DNA of 64,000 nt from Trichoplax sp. H2 (taxonomy: Eukaryota): NCBI GenBank assembly GCA_003344405.1, contig NOWV01000164.1, forward strand, positions 1 through 64,000, written 5' to 3'. The position numbers and the translations under genes are program-made. Position 1 is the first letter of the stretch. Every line of letters starts with the position of its first letter. This document shows positions 11,801 to 24,925 of the stretch, in pieces. The notes under the pieces are model-generated. The model was not told where the DNA came from and searched no databases. It saw only the letters and a list, made by a program, of their open reading frames with translations.

Positions 11801-14800
11801 AGCATGTGAAATTAAGGTAAGAAAAATGAAATTGGATGTTAATCGTAAACTGATAAAATGTTGTACATGTATGCTACACTCACATTAATAAAAATACTAT
11901 TGCAGTATTTAAATCAGTATAAGTTTTATTATCGCAGTTGTTAATTATAATTACTATTTGAAATCTTAATTACGGCCACTTTGACGCAATGCATTATTTG
12001 AATAGATTTGGAATGTATCAAACCTCTTGTTACCAAGATCTATTGTAGTTCTAGAAAACATCAAAGTCGAGAAGTACGAAAGTCCAAGCATCGATGCAGC
12101 AGGTTCACTAAGAAGTGTATTAGAGGTTAACGAAAGTATGCTGCTTCTGGACTACAGTATAGCATTGGGACTTCTGCTGGTAGATCTGTATGACAGTGTT
12201 TCTATTCTGAATTTTCGCGAAGTTTATAGAAATATTTTGAAAGCTGTAATTTATTCCGTCACAGTCTCATATGACGGCAAGTATTTCGCTGCGTTAACGT
12301 CACACAACGAAATTATAGTAAGCAATACAATAATAAAATAATAAAATGATCACTTCTCCAATTATGAACACAAATTAGATCTAACACGGTCTCTGAATCG
12401 AAACAATTGTAAAATAGTGTGTGCTGATCTTCACCTGTGTGCTAGCTAAATTTTTCTCATCCTTATAGGTTTTTACTACAGTTGACAACCTTGCCGTTCG
12501 ATATAAAACAATACAGTGTACTGGTCCAAATATTTATGCTACCTTTGTGATGAACCAGGCGCATATTTTAGCTTACAATTGTAATAGGAACAGTATTCAG
12601 CTTTATAAGATTGACACCAATCAAAACACAGAATGTTTTGCTAATAATGAAGATGTTACTATCTCTAATACTTTTGAAGAAGTTCTGCAAGTATCTGCTG
12701 AATTCGTAGCAGGGGTACCGACTTTGATTAAATTGTTGAAATTAAAGGACCAAACCCTTCTTTTAAAGGTGGCACTAGTCTCAGTATTATAAAAAATAAA
12801 TAATTTAAATCCTACCAAATTGAATTAGGACAGTTAAATATCAACATATCAATATGAAGATTCTCATGAAAATATCTTAATTTTAATGCAGGTAATGAAG
12901 GGAAATACTCTAATACCATTATCAGCCATCAATTTGGGAGATTTTTTTGAATATAGGAGATATCAATACTTCTATAAATGCTGCCTTTACTCAGACTTAA
13001 ATTCAGTTATAATTGTTGATCATAAAAAATGCCTCAGTGAATCATGCACTGCGAAGTACAAAGGAATTCATTGGCATTGCACGACTGTGGTAAGATTCAT
13101 ACCCCCAATAGCAGTATCAAAACATCTTTACTTATGCGATTTTTTCCCGACATTAATTTAACATTTTTCTTTTAATATCCAAAGCTATTATATCGGTGGA
13201 TATTAAAAATCTGTTACCTAATGTTTAATATTTGCTGCAACATTTCTGTAATAACTAATCAAAGCATGAATACAGTAATTTTTAAAGTACTATTCACAAG
13301 GCTTGGTTGCAAAGGCTATCATTAGTCTTTCTATCTTATTATTATAGATGTTTTTTTTTTTTTAATATTTATATCATATACGGTATACTGCATCTACTTC
13401 GGTCATTTCTATTTAACTTTGCTGATATGGTCATGTCTTTCAGAACAAAAATTTAGATAACGTAGCAGATACTGTTTGGCGTAACGTTCAAACATTTCCA
13501 GAATGTGTTCACCACTGTTTATCTAAGTATAGACGGTCGGATAAAAAACTGATATTCGTGAAATTGCTCCGAGAATCGGTGAGAGAGATGATCTTCGAAT
13601 TTATGCGTACATTCAATTTTAATACAATTGCACCATTATATTAATAACAATTATAACACTCGGAATAGAGAACATATCATTTAGGGATATTAGACTCTCT
13701 CACTGGTGACAATTTATTTAACTATCAAGATCCATCTGTCAGGATTCAGTATACATTTCTGCTATTCCATGATCAATACAATTTTGTTGCTTATTCTCAA
13801 ACCAAAGAAGATGAACACTTTGTAAAGGTCGGTAAATCAATTGGCATAAATCAATGCTTAATAGTTAAGTAAGCATTATCATAATTATTACATGGTGTGC
13901 GATATTTTTCGCCGAGTAACTCTGATACAAGCATGAAGCCAGTCTTGGCTTTTAGACAATGATTGATTGCTTATAGTAGTAAAACATAGTACGATAAATT
14001 CTAGCACGTTCTTAGGAAGATTTTATTTAATACGTTATTTTAAAACCAACTGATTTGGATATAAAGATTTACCATGTTGGCAGATTCCGTATATCTGTGA
14101 AAGAAAGCAATACTACTAAAATTCAGCAATCTGTAAAGTCTGTGTGCTTGGTTAGCATTTTTCATTCGGAAATTTCTATGACCGATATTGAGGATATAGA
14201 AAATAGATGTCATGACGAAGATCTGTTCGATGATGATTGGAAAGCCATTAAGGTTCTTTATCGTAACGTTAATTATTCTACCTTATTTTAAAGCCATTAG
14301 AGTGAATTTGATCCAGATGGTGGGGCTTAAAAAACAGCCTAACATTATGTATTAAAATTTAAAATATGCTGTTCTCTTTCGAACCAGCAGATAATATAAC
14401 ATCCTAATTTGCTGTGATTAAATATTCTTTCTAACAGTTGAGCTTTATATAATTTGAAAGCTACTATTTATCTTGAGCTATTTATGACTATATATTTCAT
14501 TAGCAGGTGCTTGCTAGTCATATTCACGCTCTAAACAATCTCAGTCCTACATAGCTGATAAAAACTATTTATTGGAAATCAATACAACAGGATCTGATGC
14601 CAAGGAAGAACGGGATTTATTTCATGATAAGAAAGGACCAAGAGTTTGCGGTCAGTAGATTATTTTTAAAAAAATAGTGCAGCTACCAGCCATCAATCTA
14701 CTAATAATCTCATATATGCAGATAATTGATTCAGACAACTACATGTGGGTGAAAGGTTATGGTGAAAGTGTTCTAAATATTGGTATTGGAATGTGGTCCT

Positions 14801-15027
14801 TGGAGAACGTATGGGGAAAAAAGTACATGTCGTACATTTTAGGCGATAGAATACATGTCTATAATAATACTTCACTTAAACTAATGCAAGAACTACAGTT
14901 CCTCTACGTAAGTGCTATAAAAACATTTGTTGCGAATGAAAATATGTCCATATTTATATGCGAAAATGATAAACATGAGTGCTGCATAGTTCAAAGAATT
15001 GGTCGCAGAATTTCTGATGAAACCTAA
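5841..15027 (+). CDS. Apaf-1-like STAND NTPase: unrecognised ~445-aa N-terminal domain + NB-ARC + divergent WD40/beta-propeller; ~19 exons, roughly 1,700 aa
   Basis: Exon 1 5841-~7179/7191 (phase 1) splices to 8285-8509 (Walker A GRGGSGKT), 8741-8881, 9057-9215 (Walker B VIFVFDDVW), 9295-9755 (CQRFPLAVALMG, GxP-like), 9959-10301 (IHDLL, MHD motif; EDDGYFYQNIVDH), then exons with xWxV propeller ends, to TAA at 15027. Frame-consistent GT-AG junctions were found throughout. Linkage of exon 1 is inferred from phase. Confidence 0.8.
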
Positions 15028-16989
15028 AATTGTAAATGTAGAGATCTAATAAATGATTAAAATATTCATTCAATTTATTAACTTCAGCTCGATAAATAGG
15101 TACGGTAGTTACTATCGTAATAAGTAGGCTTATCTAGTATAATTAAGTTTACTTTGAAAATTGCAAAATCGTGCGAAACATTTTGACTTAGGGTCTACAA
15201 GTATACCAGCTTAAGCTTCTAAAAAGTTAAGGATTTGATGTTCTTCATGGAATAAAACTTGCTTACCTTAATCTGACAACGGAAATATCGAAGATTTATA
15301 GCTTTTGTTAATTCTTCCGATCGTGGATCGCTACGCTAATTCTTGAATTGTTTTGAAAACAACAGCTAAAGGATTATCAGGAAAATACAATAATTCACCC
15401 ACAACAGCTTAAAGCCTTTCTTTGTACTCAGTTAAACCTCAATTTCGATGCGCTGATGATTTAAACAGAAAATTCATAAAAACTACAGGATGTTATGCAG
15501 TTAAAATAAGTTGCAGCTCTTTCAAAATAAAGCCAGCTAGGCTAGCAATCCTAAATATCATGTTAACTAAAAAGAAATATGATATATCTGTTATCAGTCA
15601 TAGAATAATAGACTCCTTTAGCTACAGCCTATATCTAAAGCCAAATACAATGAAATCAGAATGTACTCAAATCATTCCTTTACGTTACGACCATTAATCA
15701 GTTGATGAGCTTACTTTTCATGTACTGTACTGCAGGTGACTAGAAATGGTTTCACAGCTAAAGCATACGTTAGCAATTATTGAAATTATTAAAATGTAGA
15801 CATAAGAGCTGCAATATTTATAAATGAGCTGGACATCCGATGTCCAACTAGTATTTATAGAAAATAGGTAATATTTTACGATATGAGTAGAGTACTGCTT
15901 ATAGCGTAATAACAGTTTCTATCTATCTATAATTCAACGTTATTGAACACTGAATAAAAACTTCGCAACGCATGCAAAGTTACTTCGTTTAGTTTATAAT
16001 CTAACGTTTTGAGTATAGAGTTTACCCCGTTACAATTAAAATACAACACGTATTACGTATGACAAAGCCTGCTAGCATAGATATGAAACAACTGTTTTCC
16101 GATCGACTTTTAATTTCCGGGGCTTTTTGATGTAAGGGCAATGTACAGTAAGTAAAGGAAAAGTGAAATCGATTTGATCCGGGAAAAATGAAAGGTTGAC
16201 ATTGCCATTAATTTGTGAGCTTTCTTCTATAATACTGTACAGTACTATACTAGTACAAACTCCCGTCGCTTTGCTGACGGTTTACGATAATGTGCTCATT
16301 TAACAGATAGTATTACCATTTGATAGACCTGTCGGAGTAGAGAACTGAGTGCTTTTGGTAGGTAGTTGTAAACAATATTTCCCGATAAATAGCACTTATA
16401 CTTTCTATAAATTATGCTGCGATGTTAGAATTATAAGAACAGCGTAAATCGGGTTTATAATTTGTGATTGATAAGTCGATGAGTAGCGGTAGTGAGCTTC
16501 GTTACCATTTCAAGAATTATTACGCCATGCTTATAGTATAAAATGGATACTTTATTGCCGATTATAAGATGCGTACTGTGTGGTAGTTACTGCAGAGTAG
16601 CGTGTAAGCTATCGCGAAATAACGTGAGAAATACCGTGCTATCTTGGCTGCTAAAGTAGCTAACTATCTGAGATGTAGCTATTAGTTTTTATCGCCTTAG
16701 CGAGAACACATGCAGAGAACAAGATTGCAGAATTAGATATAACATATACCATGACAGTCTCTACAATAGCAAAGGCCTGCAAGAATGTAGCAAAGACGCG
16801 AGCTGCCTCGAGTATTTAAACATGACAATTACTATTGTGCATATGGGGAAAGGTTGATAAAGTTATCTACATTGCGAACAACTTAGAATGGCTATGAGGA
16901 TATGCTACAAGTACAATAAAATCTTAACCCTATACTAAATCGTTACTTCTAATTCTTTTCTGTCGGTCACTCTGTTAGCTGCCGTAAAC

Positions 16990-18060
16990 AATTTTAATTT
17001 CATCGTAAGCCTAATCTAGTCTTTTAATTTATTAGCTAATTTTGGGAGAATCTTTCGGTCTACCTTGAACGGGATCTGTTCTCTTATCGTGGAGATTTGA
17101 CTCCAATATTTGAAGGGAATAGCAGCGCAAGGATTAGAAATCTTTTATCTCATATAATCGACTTTGGCTTACATAATTTTTATAATTTTTTAGGATATCG
17201 AAATCTAATGTGTTCAATTCGTACTCTTGTGAATTTAATTTAGACTTATTGGATGCTTTGCAGCCATAGCAAGGATCAGCTAGCAATGATGAATTCCGAT
17301 AGCCCTAGATTCTTTCCTAAGCTGTAGAAGTTTCTTTTCCATTGAATGCTCTACCTTCACCTATTAAGCTGTTATTGGTGATAGGCAAATGACTTAACAA
17401 TGTAGTATAACTAATTTCGTGTTTTATTTCACGATATTCGATCAGTAATAGTTTTGACGCCCCTTCGAATACCCTATCGATAAATTTTTTGCCTAAGACT
17501 TCGATACCGATAAGGGAAGTTCCTTGGCCTTTACAGATTTGAATTTTTGATATGTAATTCAGAACTCTATTAATAACGGTATTGGCCAAATTTTGCAAAT
17601 TACTAACTGAATTCGTCTGTCCAAGCTTAATAATCTGGCATTCCAACATTCTGCACGCATCGTATACGATTAAGGTTAAAGACATTATTGGAAAAATTAC
17701 GTCATGATATGGTAGTAAAGTATTAGTAATTTCGCTGCTTTGTCCATTTCAGTTTTGCTTTTGACCTTGTAGGCGGCAGAGGATAACAGGCTTATCCAAT
17801 ATACACCGATGATGCAATTTCTAGTCCAACGAAAGAGACAGTCGGTTTGAGAAAGTCAGAAATAGTCATCTGGAAATGCTGCACAGACTTTTCTGCAGCT
17901 ACGTCTTCATCATCTCTGGAAATTACAGTATACGCGTGTAATGTCTTATTTTTCAATGAATTTTCTCACACGCATAGTCATAAAGTCTTTAAGAGTTTGG
18001 CTATGGATAGTATTAAAATTTTCGAAAGCTGGAACCTTTTTTTAAGTTATGGCCATAATC
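16990..18060 (-). pseudogene. Degraded paralogue of the N-terminal exon of the Apaf-1-like gene
   Basis: ORF 17685-17317 DACRMLECQIIKLG...QNLANTVINRVLNYIS...KFIDRVFEGASK matches DTCRMYEHQINLLG...KILANTIVKRVLNFIS...QWIYGVFDGISK. Flanks give QTLKDFMT..., FLKPTVSFVGLEI and GYRNSSLLADP (vs GHRRSSLLLDP), interrupted by stops and frameshifts. Confidence 0.85.
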
Positions 18061-19134
18061 TTGTTGTTCTGATATAATTACTGTTTCTCTAAATATCTTC
18101 CTACAAAAACAGTATCTTGCGTTACAGGAGGTATTATAACAAGAGTGGTAGGATTGCTCTCAGATTTCACTAAGAAGAATGCACGCTATTAGAAATTGAT
18201 GCGGAAGAAAATTGTCTAGTGAAAGACTAGAGCATTTCCGAAATCTATAGTACATATTCTTTATAACATAAGAAAAGGCATTATTACAAGAATGGTCACT
18301 ATAAGTTGCTTAGGTGTTCTTTATTGCAGTAAATTTTTTCACCATAAGCAGTTTAGGTGCTCATTATTATAGTGTATTTTTAAACTTAAAAATCTTATTT
18401 ACGAAGTAAAGACTTTGATTTGACCTACTGTGATACCAAAAGATTCAACTTGCCGTGCATGGAAGGCACCTGATGGGCAATAAGAAAAATAATTACAAGA
18501 TTCGCGATCGGCTGCTATGCTACATAAGACGACGTCAATACTAAGCATAATAAGCTTAATAAATTCTATATTTTCTTTCATTTAGATCTGTCAGTATAAT
18601 TGTACTTATACGCTTGTTTGTTTCTTTACACAGCAACGATTGATTTTTTCTGATCACAGGTTTATTCATTAATATTAGTATTTCATCGACCTCAGATATG
18701 AAAATGCCGTAAATTGTATTTTTGTTGCTTTAGTCATATTGTAGATCTTATGATAAAGAATTTATTGAACATCGTAGTCTACTGATAGAAAATTTCTCTA
18801 GAGCGAACATCTCGTTGAGAAACCAAAGCTTTTTGGGGGAATGATAATACCTTACGGAAGTATGAAACTTTGCCAACACAGCGCATAGAAGTAGAAAATA
18901 GTACAGAACATCCAGCAATGATTGAGGCTTCAGACAGATGGCAACATTTATTTGGAGAATTGTGAATTCAGTATTTGTACAGTACGCGAGTATTACGAGA
19001 GAGAGATTTGCCAGTATTCACTTAAAGCATTTTGTACAATAACATTTACATCATTGAAAATAATTCAATATTCTGATTATAATTTGAAAACAAGAATGGT
19101 AAATAACATGGTAAATCTATCGTACATGAGTGCC

Positions 19135-20061
19135 TTAACTTGGTAGGCATCCTCTTTTCATAATACCATTCTCGTTCACTGATGCATTTAGGGTTGTTCG
19201 ATACCACGAAAACATCTGTGAGCTTTTAGAAATGCATTCTTATCCTTGAGTTTCGACTGCTCAGCTAATAATAATTTATTACATGATTTCGCCATTATCT
19301 TCCATTAACCACGTCTGCTATAATATCATGATTTAGAATTGTAATTAATAATATATACTGCATGCTTTCTTAACACTTCATGTGGTTTACTGAATTATAT
19401 TTTACCGCAATGGAGCGTATAGTACTGTCATATATGATATTGCATCGAATTTAGTACACAAATTCATCGTTCATATGAATAGCTGCAACTTTAGATTATT
19501 ATTAACTGAGTATGTTACTGAGACATTCTCATGTGCTCGTATATATTATTCAAGAACCACAGAAAAATAAAAGAAATTAAGTTTGTAAGACAGAAAATTG
19601 AATACGTTAACGGGTTGAAAGGAACCGTAGAAGCATATAGTAAGTGCAAACGATCGTAACCATATTACCGCAGAGTTTCTTTTGTCCATTGATAAAGTGA
19701 CAATAAGGCAGCCTTGATATGGTGGAAACTTTAAGCTTTGGGTTTCTAGACCGGAGTTAATCCAATCGCCATTCGTCGGAAAGTTTAGTTTTCGATGATC
19801 TTTAGCGTTCATATCTCCCAAATCCTTTTCACCTTTCCATTGGAATACTTCGTATCGAAAATATTCTATCTTATCTAAGTTTTTAACTGACCATACTTTG
19901 TAAAATGTGATATAGTTACAGATTGATAGTCATTTAGTGAGGCTCCATAAATTACAATTACTCCTAAATATTACCCCAAATTTTCGTGCTCTTTAGTCTA
20001 ACACTGTTTCAACTTATAATTGTAAAAGATTTTGTATACCTACTTATATCTTTTGGTTCCC
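19135..20061 (-). pseudogene. Decayed beta-propeller exons of an Apaf-1-like paralogue
   Basis: ~19897-19665 VWSVKNLDKI...GCLIVTLSMDKRN resembles VWSVNPKYKI...SHLLVTVTADRKQ (exon 11322-11503). The exon starting at 19314, TWLMEDNGEIM**IIIS*AVETQG*ECISKSSQMFSWYRT, is colinear with LWKVF...YEINGCSF...LISWSKT (exon from 11643) but has 4 stops. Confidence 0.65.
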
Positions 20062-20914
20062 TGCAATAAGCTAATTTGTATATGCAGAGAGAACTATTTA
20101 TACCAATAATACGAATTTTCTCTATCTAATATTTGGAATAGTTTTAGCTGATGGATGATAGGACGTAGGTTAGTGACAGTCTACTTGAACATGAAAAATA
20201 AACTTATGTTCATTATCAGCTTACATGTGATTCGCAGTAATAATTTATGGCTTCCTGAGAGGAATAGAAATAGAATTACTCAGGGGATAAATCAGTAGAA
20301 TGAAGTAATTCGTAATAAGCATAAAAATAGTTTTATTAATTTATTCTATACCAGATATTATACAACAAGTCTCTCGCAATATACAATAAAGTATTCCTAA
20401 ATATCGCTGGGTGTTGACGCCATCTCGATTATATCTGAAAGCGTCGCGATAACTACCATCGAGCATCGACTGCTTGAATTAATAACGTATGATTATAATC
20501 TAGCATAATGACTTAATAAAATATAAATAGAATTGGATCCATCAGGCTGTACAGACATGGTACATCAGCGTACAAATCTATTAACTATCACAACGATAGC
20601 TATTCCGACTCAATACAAGGATGCGATAACCTTCTATCTTTAATTAAGTAAATTTCAATTTTAAATAGTGCTGCATTGTCGTATTCAAACTGGTAACGCT
20701 ATAACTATGCATTCGTATGCCAATAATTCGATATCTAGCCTTGAAACTTTTTGGTGTTACATGTCAGCAATGGTATGGGATAACCACAAAGGTAGACTTT
20801 GGAAACAATTTTTCATTGCAATACCAGCCATTGGAATTTTTGTGTCATCCCACGGTTTGGAACAATTGCTCGTGATACCACGATAATTTGATTTAACCTT
20901 TATACTTTTAAGAG

Positions 20915-23900
20915 TTAGGTCGCAATTGTCACAATGTCTCTTAACCAAAACGTGATAGTAATCTCATTAAATCTATTTAGTATCTCAAAGATTTCATCGC
21001 GCGGCAAATTTTCCCAGTACATGATATCTTCGATATGGTGTCTTCCATCGAAATATTTGCATAGCCTACAAATATTTTAAGTAATGAAAATTCTAACAAA
21101 TTATCCAATCGAACGTAAAGATCATGACTGATAGGTTGCGTATGCAACAATACCTGATAAAGAACTGTATTTCTTCCTTTTGCTTCGTGCCCACATATTT
21201 CATGATTGTAGCCTTGTGGCTGTCAGTTAAGTATGCAAGATTTGGTAACTGCCTAGATAACCTTTCCGCATCTTCTTCACTTAATTTGTTTTCGTATAAT
21301 TCGAAATTTAATTCTCTAATCTCAAGTTTACATATCAGCAATATATACCGATGTTGCTACAATATACAAGGATAGATACCAATATATTAAGAATTACAAT
21401 ATTACCTTCTTTCCTTACTTCGCTTATGTTGCAAAATTTTGTAAGAATTACAAATTGTTAGAGCTATTAGCTAACCTGCATTATCACTCGATTCTTTAGC
21501 ATCCAAATAACTATTTTTCCTAACTAAATAATAAATTAACTTTATAACGGGATTGTTTCTATTCTAATTTGAATACATATATATAGCTCATCAAGATCGT
21601 ATTACCATATCTTTACTTAAGTTAAATTTTTCAATATGCTCTTTAAGTGGGCGCAAAGCTGCAGAGAATTCGCTCATGAATACGGGCATGAATAAGCCGA
21701 CAAATTGATTGGAGAATTCCTCCATTAATGGTGATGATCTAGAAAGGGCAAACAGGAAGAATAAATCCGATTAAAACTGCAGATTACTTGGTTGCTAATT
21801 AATGCAAGTACACATATGTATCAGATTGAGTGATAGCGCAATTACATATCTATTGGAGCCTCCGGTGTTAATATATAGACATTTGTTTCGCAGATGGGAT
21901 ATATAATGGATGCTTTACCCCAAAATACAAGGTGACTTGCCAAATGCTTAACCTTAGAACATACATTTTCAAGGCTATAAATTATACTACGGCTGATTTA
22001 CGACAAAAACTATTTGCTAAATACCTGATTTAGTGTTAAGTCTGCATCGAAGGCCAGGGCTAGTAAACTAAATACCGAATACAAAGATTGCGATTCAACT
22101 CATCCTTCAACCTAGCAATGGCGTCCATTTCAAAATCATAAATTAGTTCGAATAATAAATATTTCAATTACCCTCGAAAAGGCGATATGACTTGAATTAG
22201 CCGGACCAAAGCTGGGGAACAATCACCCGGCAACTGTCGTATCAGGTTATCTGGATTGGTTAGCATCATCAACGAATGATAAGGCCTTGAAAGAAATGCA
22301 GCGTCAGTTGAAATAAATTTTCCGTAGTGGTACTTTTAGTACTTTATCAATATAGTACGCAAGCTTAACTTACTGTATTTTCTGGCATATTTCATCCGGA
22401 TCATCAATCTAATAAAGACATTAGATTGAGGAATAAATAACATATTTTGTAAGAATTTAAAAATCAACACTTTAGCACGCACACTAAGTTTCATTTAGTT
22501 GAGTATTTTGCTTCACGAGATAGAATACAGAGACAGTCACTACACTGTCACATTTTAGTTGAATTAAGAAAACTCACGCCAGAAAGGTATTCGTTACCCC
22601 CACGTAACGATGCCGATACGTTGAATGTTATATCTATCCAGTTATTGATTTTAAATTGAATCAATTCATTCTTAGTGACACTACAACAAGTCAAGCGTAA
22701 TAGCTTTAGGCAAGATTGGTCAATGAAACGGAACGTCAGACGTCAGAATAAATACTATATAAAACCAGTGGTAAAACAAAGTCTTTGCGAAATTAATAAT
22801 TAACTTAGCAGATTCCGTAACCCACTATTTATACAGCCTCCTCTAATATGGAAGAGGTTAAATCTACATATGACATGAACCTACTGATCATATAACTGTT
22901 TCAGTTGATGTGCCAATAAGCTTTCATCTATGATCTTCTCATATAATACTGAATAGTTAGTCTCACCTAAGGCATCCGATGCAATTATAATTACGTAAAT
23001 AGAGATCAAAATTCGATAACACTTAACTATGCAGTCAAGATAATTTTTCCATCAAGATTCTTTAATCAAAATAAGGCTACATAAAATATATGAACTCGTA
23101 CGATAAGATTTAAGCAAAATTAACCGGTAATGCATTAATATGGTGCTCCTGCGTTCACTTTACTATATATTTGATGACAGTAATTTTCATATGAAATAAT
23201 TTTTTGCTTTTAAACCAACCTTCTGCATGATCACTGTATTTGTCATATATAAATGATAGTAGATCCACTTCTTTCGACAAGTAACCGCGCCTGCACAATC
23301 AACATGTGATTCCATGTTATTAGCCATAATTTTGTTATTGTGAAGTTTTACAAGTTAATGATTGCTGTATAATATATAGCGTATGCTGATTTATTCATTC
23401 CACCTTAATTGTTCATGTTTGATTGCTGCAGCTATGCGTTGGGACAGCTTATGAAAAGCATCAATAAGTCCAGGCGGAGCACCAACCTTAAAGTGATTAA
23501 CTTTAGTTAGATTGAAGCAGTAGTTTTATCAAGACTAGTTATACGACATACTCAATTAATAGAGAAGTTTTAGATAGGCAGTGAAGAACGCACATTCCAG
23601 TACATCTAGACTGAATTTATGCAAGATACCTGTAGAACAAATGTAATATGGAGTAAATTAGTCGTTGCAGGACCTTTAAATGAAGATGCTGGACTTCCGG
23701 AAGCAGATGACGCCGTTATTGGGTTCTATTAAGAATAATAATGTTCATCTGTTTATAGGCTGTTGTAAAAAGTTATTTGCACAATTTTTTAATGCATACT
23801 CGCCTATCGACTCCACTACATAGCGTATGCAAAAATACCCTATTTAACTATGATACTTGTGCATACAATTTACTGCTGCAATTTTAAATTAATAAAATTT

Positions 23901-24925
23901 TGCATCAACGATGAAATTTTACCTCAGCATCTTTCATGATCGTTGGATAGCCAATAAATAGGATATCGTCAATGGCTAACTCGAAGTTTTTATTGCACAT
24001 GGCTTCTTTAGGAGATAAAATACTTGCCAATAGCGAGTCGGAAAAACTGCAACAAGAAGCAACCGAATCAACATACTGTGTGTAGGATAATTCAATCAAT
24101 CAGTGATAGTTATTCTTTAAGACAGGCTTTGCTTGGCAATTACAAACTTTGGGTAGCATCTATGATCTTTTAGTCACTACTCAAAACTAACTAGGCTCAA
24201 CATACGCCAGATATGTCCTTGTTAATTGAATTTATGCCTACCTCCATAGCGGACAATCTATATAGCTATCTGGGGTGAAGTTGTTACTTGTAAAGCTGAC
24301 ACTAAAAATCAACATGGAAAGAATTAAAGATTATGCATAATCGGTTTCATATTTCATTTCTATTATAGGATAAGCCAGCCATAATGAGCGTCAACTACAT
24401 GATTCAGTTAGGGTTATTGAGAAAATCATTTATTAGACGACGAAATATCAAGTCGAACAGAAGCGAAGACAAAACAAGGCATAACGATGCCCAATTGTAG
24501 CTAACCTTCTTGAGCGGAGTTCCTGCTGGTCCTCTTTGAGAGCAAATAATCCAATTGACCAAGGGCAAAGCACAAAATCATAAAAATGAAATGGATCAAC
24601 AATGTGTTTGTCTGTCAATGAAGTCCCTATCGTAAGGGTAAATTACTTGATTACTAGCTCATGGTTCTTAATTAACAAGCAGCCTAGCTTGAGTTTGCAG
24701 AAGCTGCTAAATGGACATCAACAAACATGTTGCTCACTGAGGTTTGTACGGCCACTATTATAGCTACTTTGTACTATACAAGATGTACCACTTCGTATTA
24801 CCTTGCTTATTGGCTTTCTTCTTGTGAAGAAAAGGAGAATAGGGATACTTGAAATACAATTTTTCACCAGTATTTCCTGCTGTTGCTAAAAGAATACATA
24901 GAAGATCGCAATTTTTTGCAGCCAT
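20915..24925 (-). CDS. NPRL3: GATOR1 complex subunit NPRL3 (multi-exon)
   Basis: Start [29 protein letters not shown]; internal [36 protein letters not shown]-terminal [22 protein letters not shown]...IAT*. All match NPRL3 motifs. Confidence 0.93.

Noticed and set aside
14507-14554. Apparent in-frame TAG suggesting the Apaf-1-like gene is a pseudogene
   Set aside because: The TAG can serve as the splice acceptor (ctacatag|CTG); exon 14555-14650 is open and phase-compatible.
20668-20948. Short ORFs on both strands near the NPRL3 3' end
   Set aside because: Overlap the NPRL3 last exon and 3' UTR in other frames; no recognisable product.
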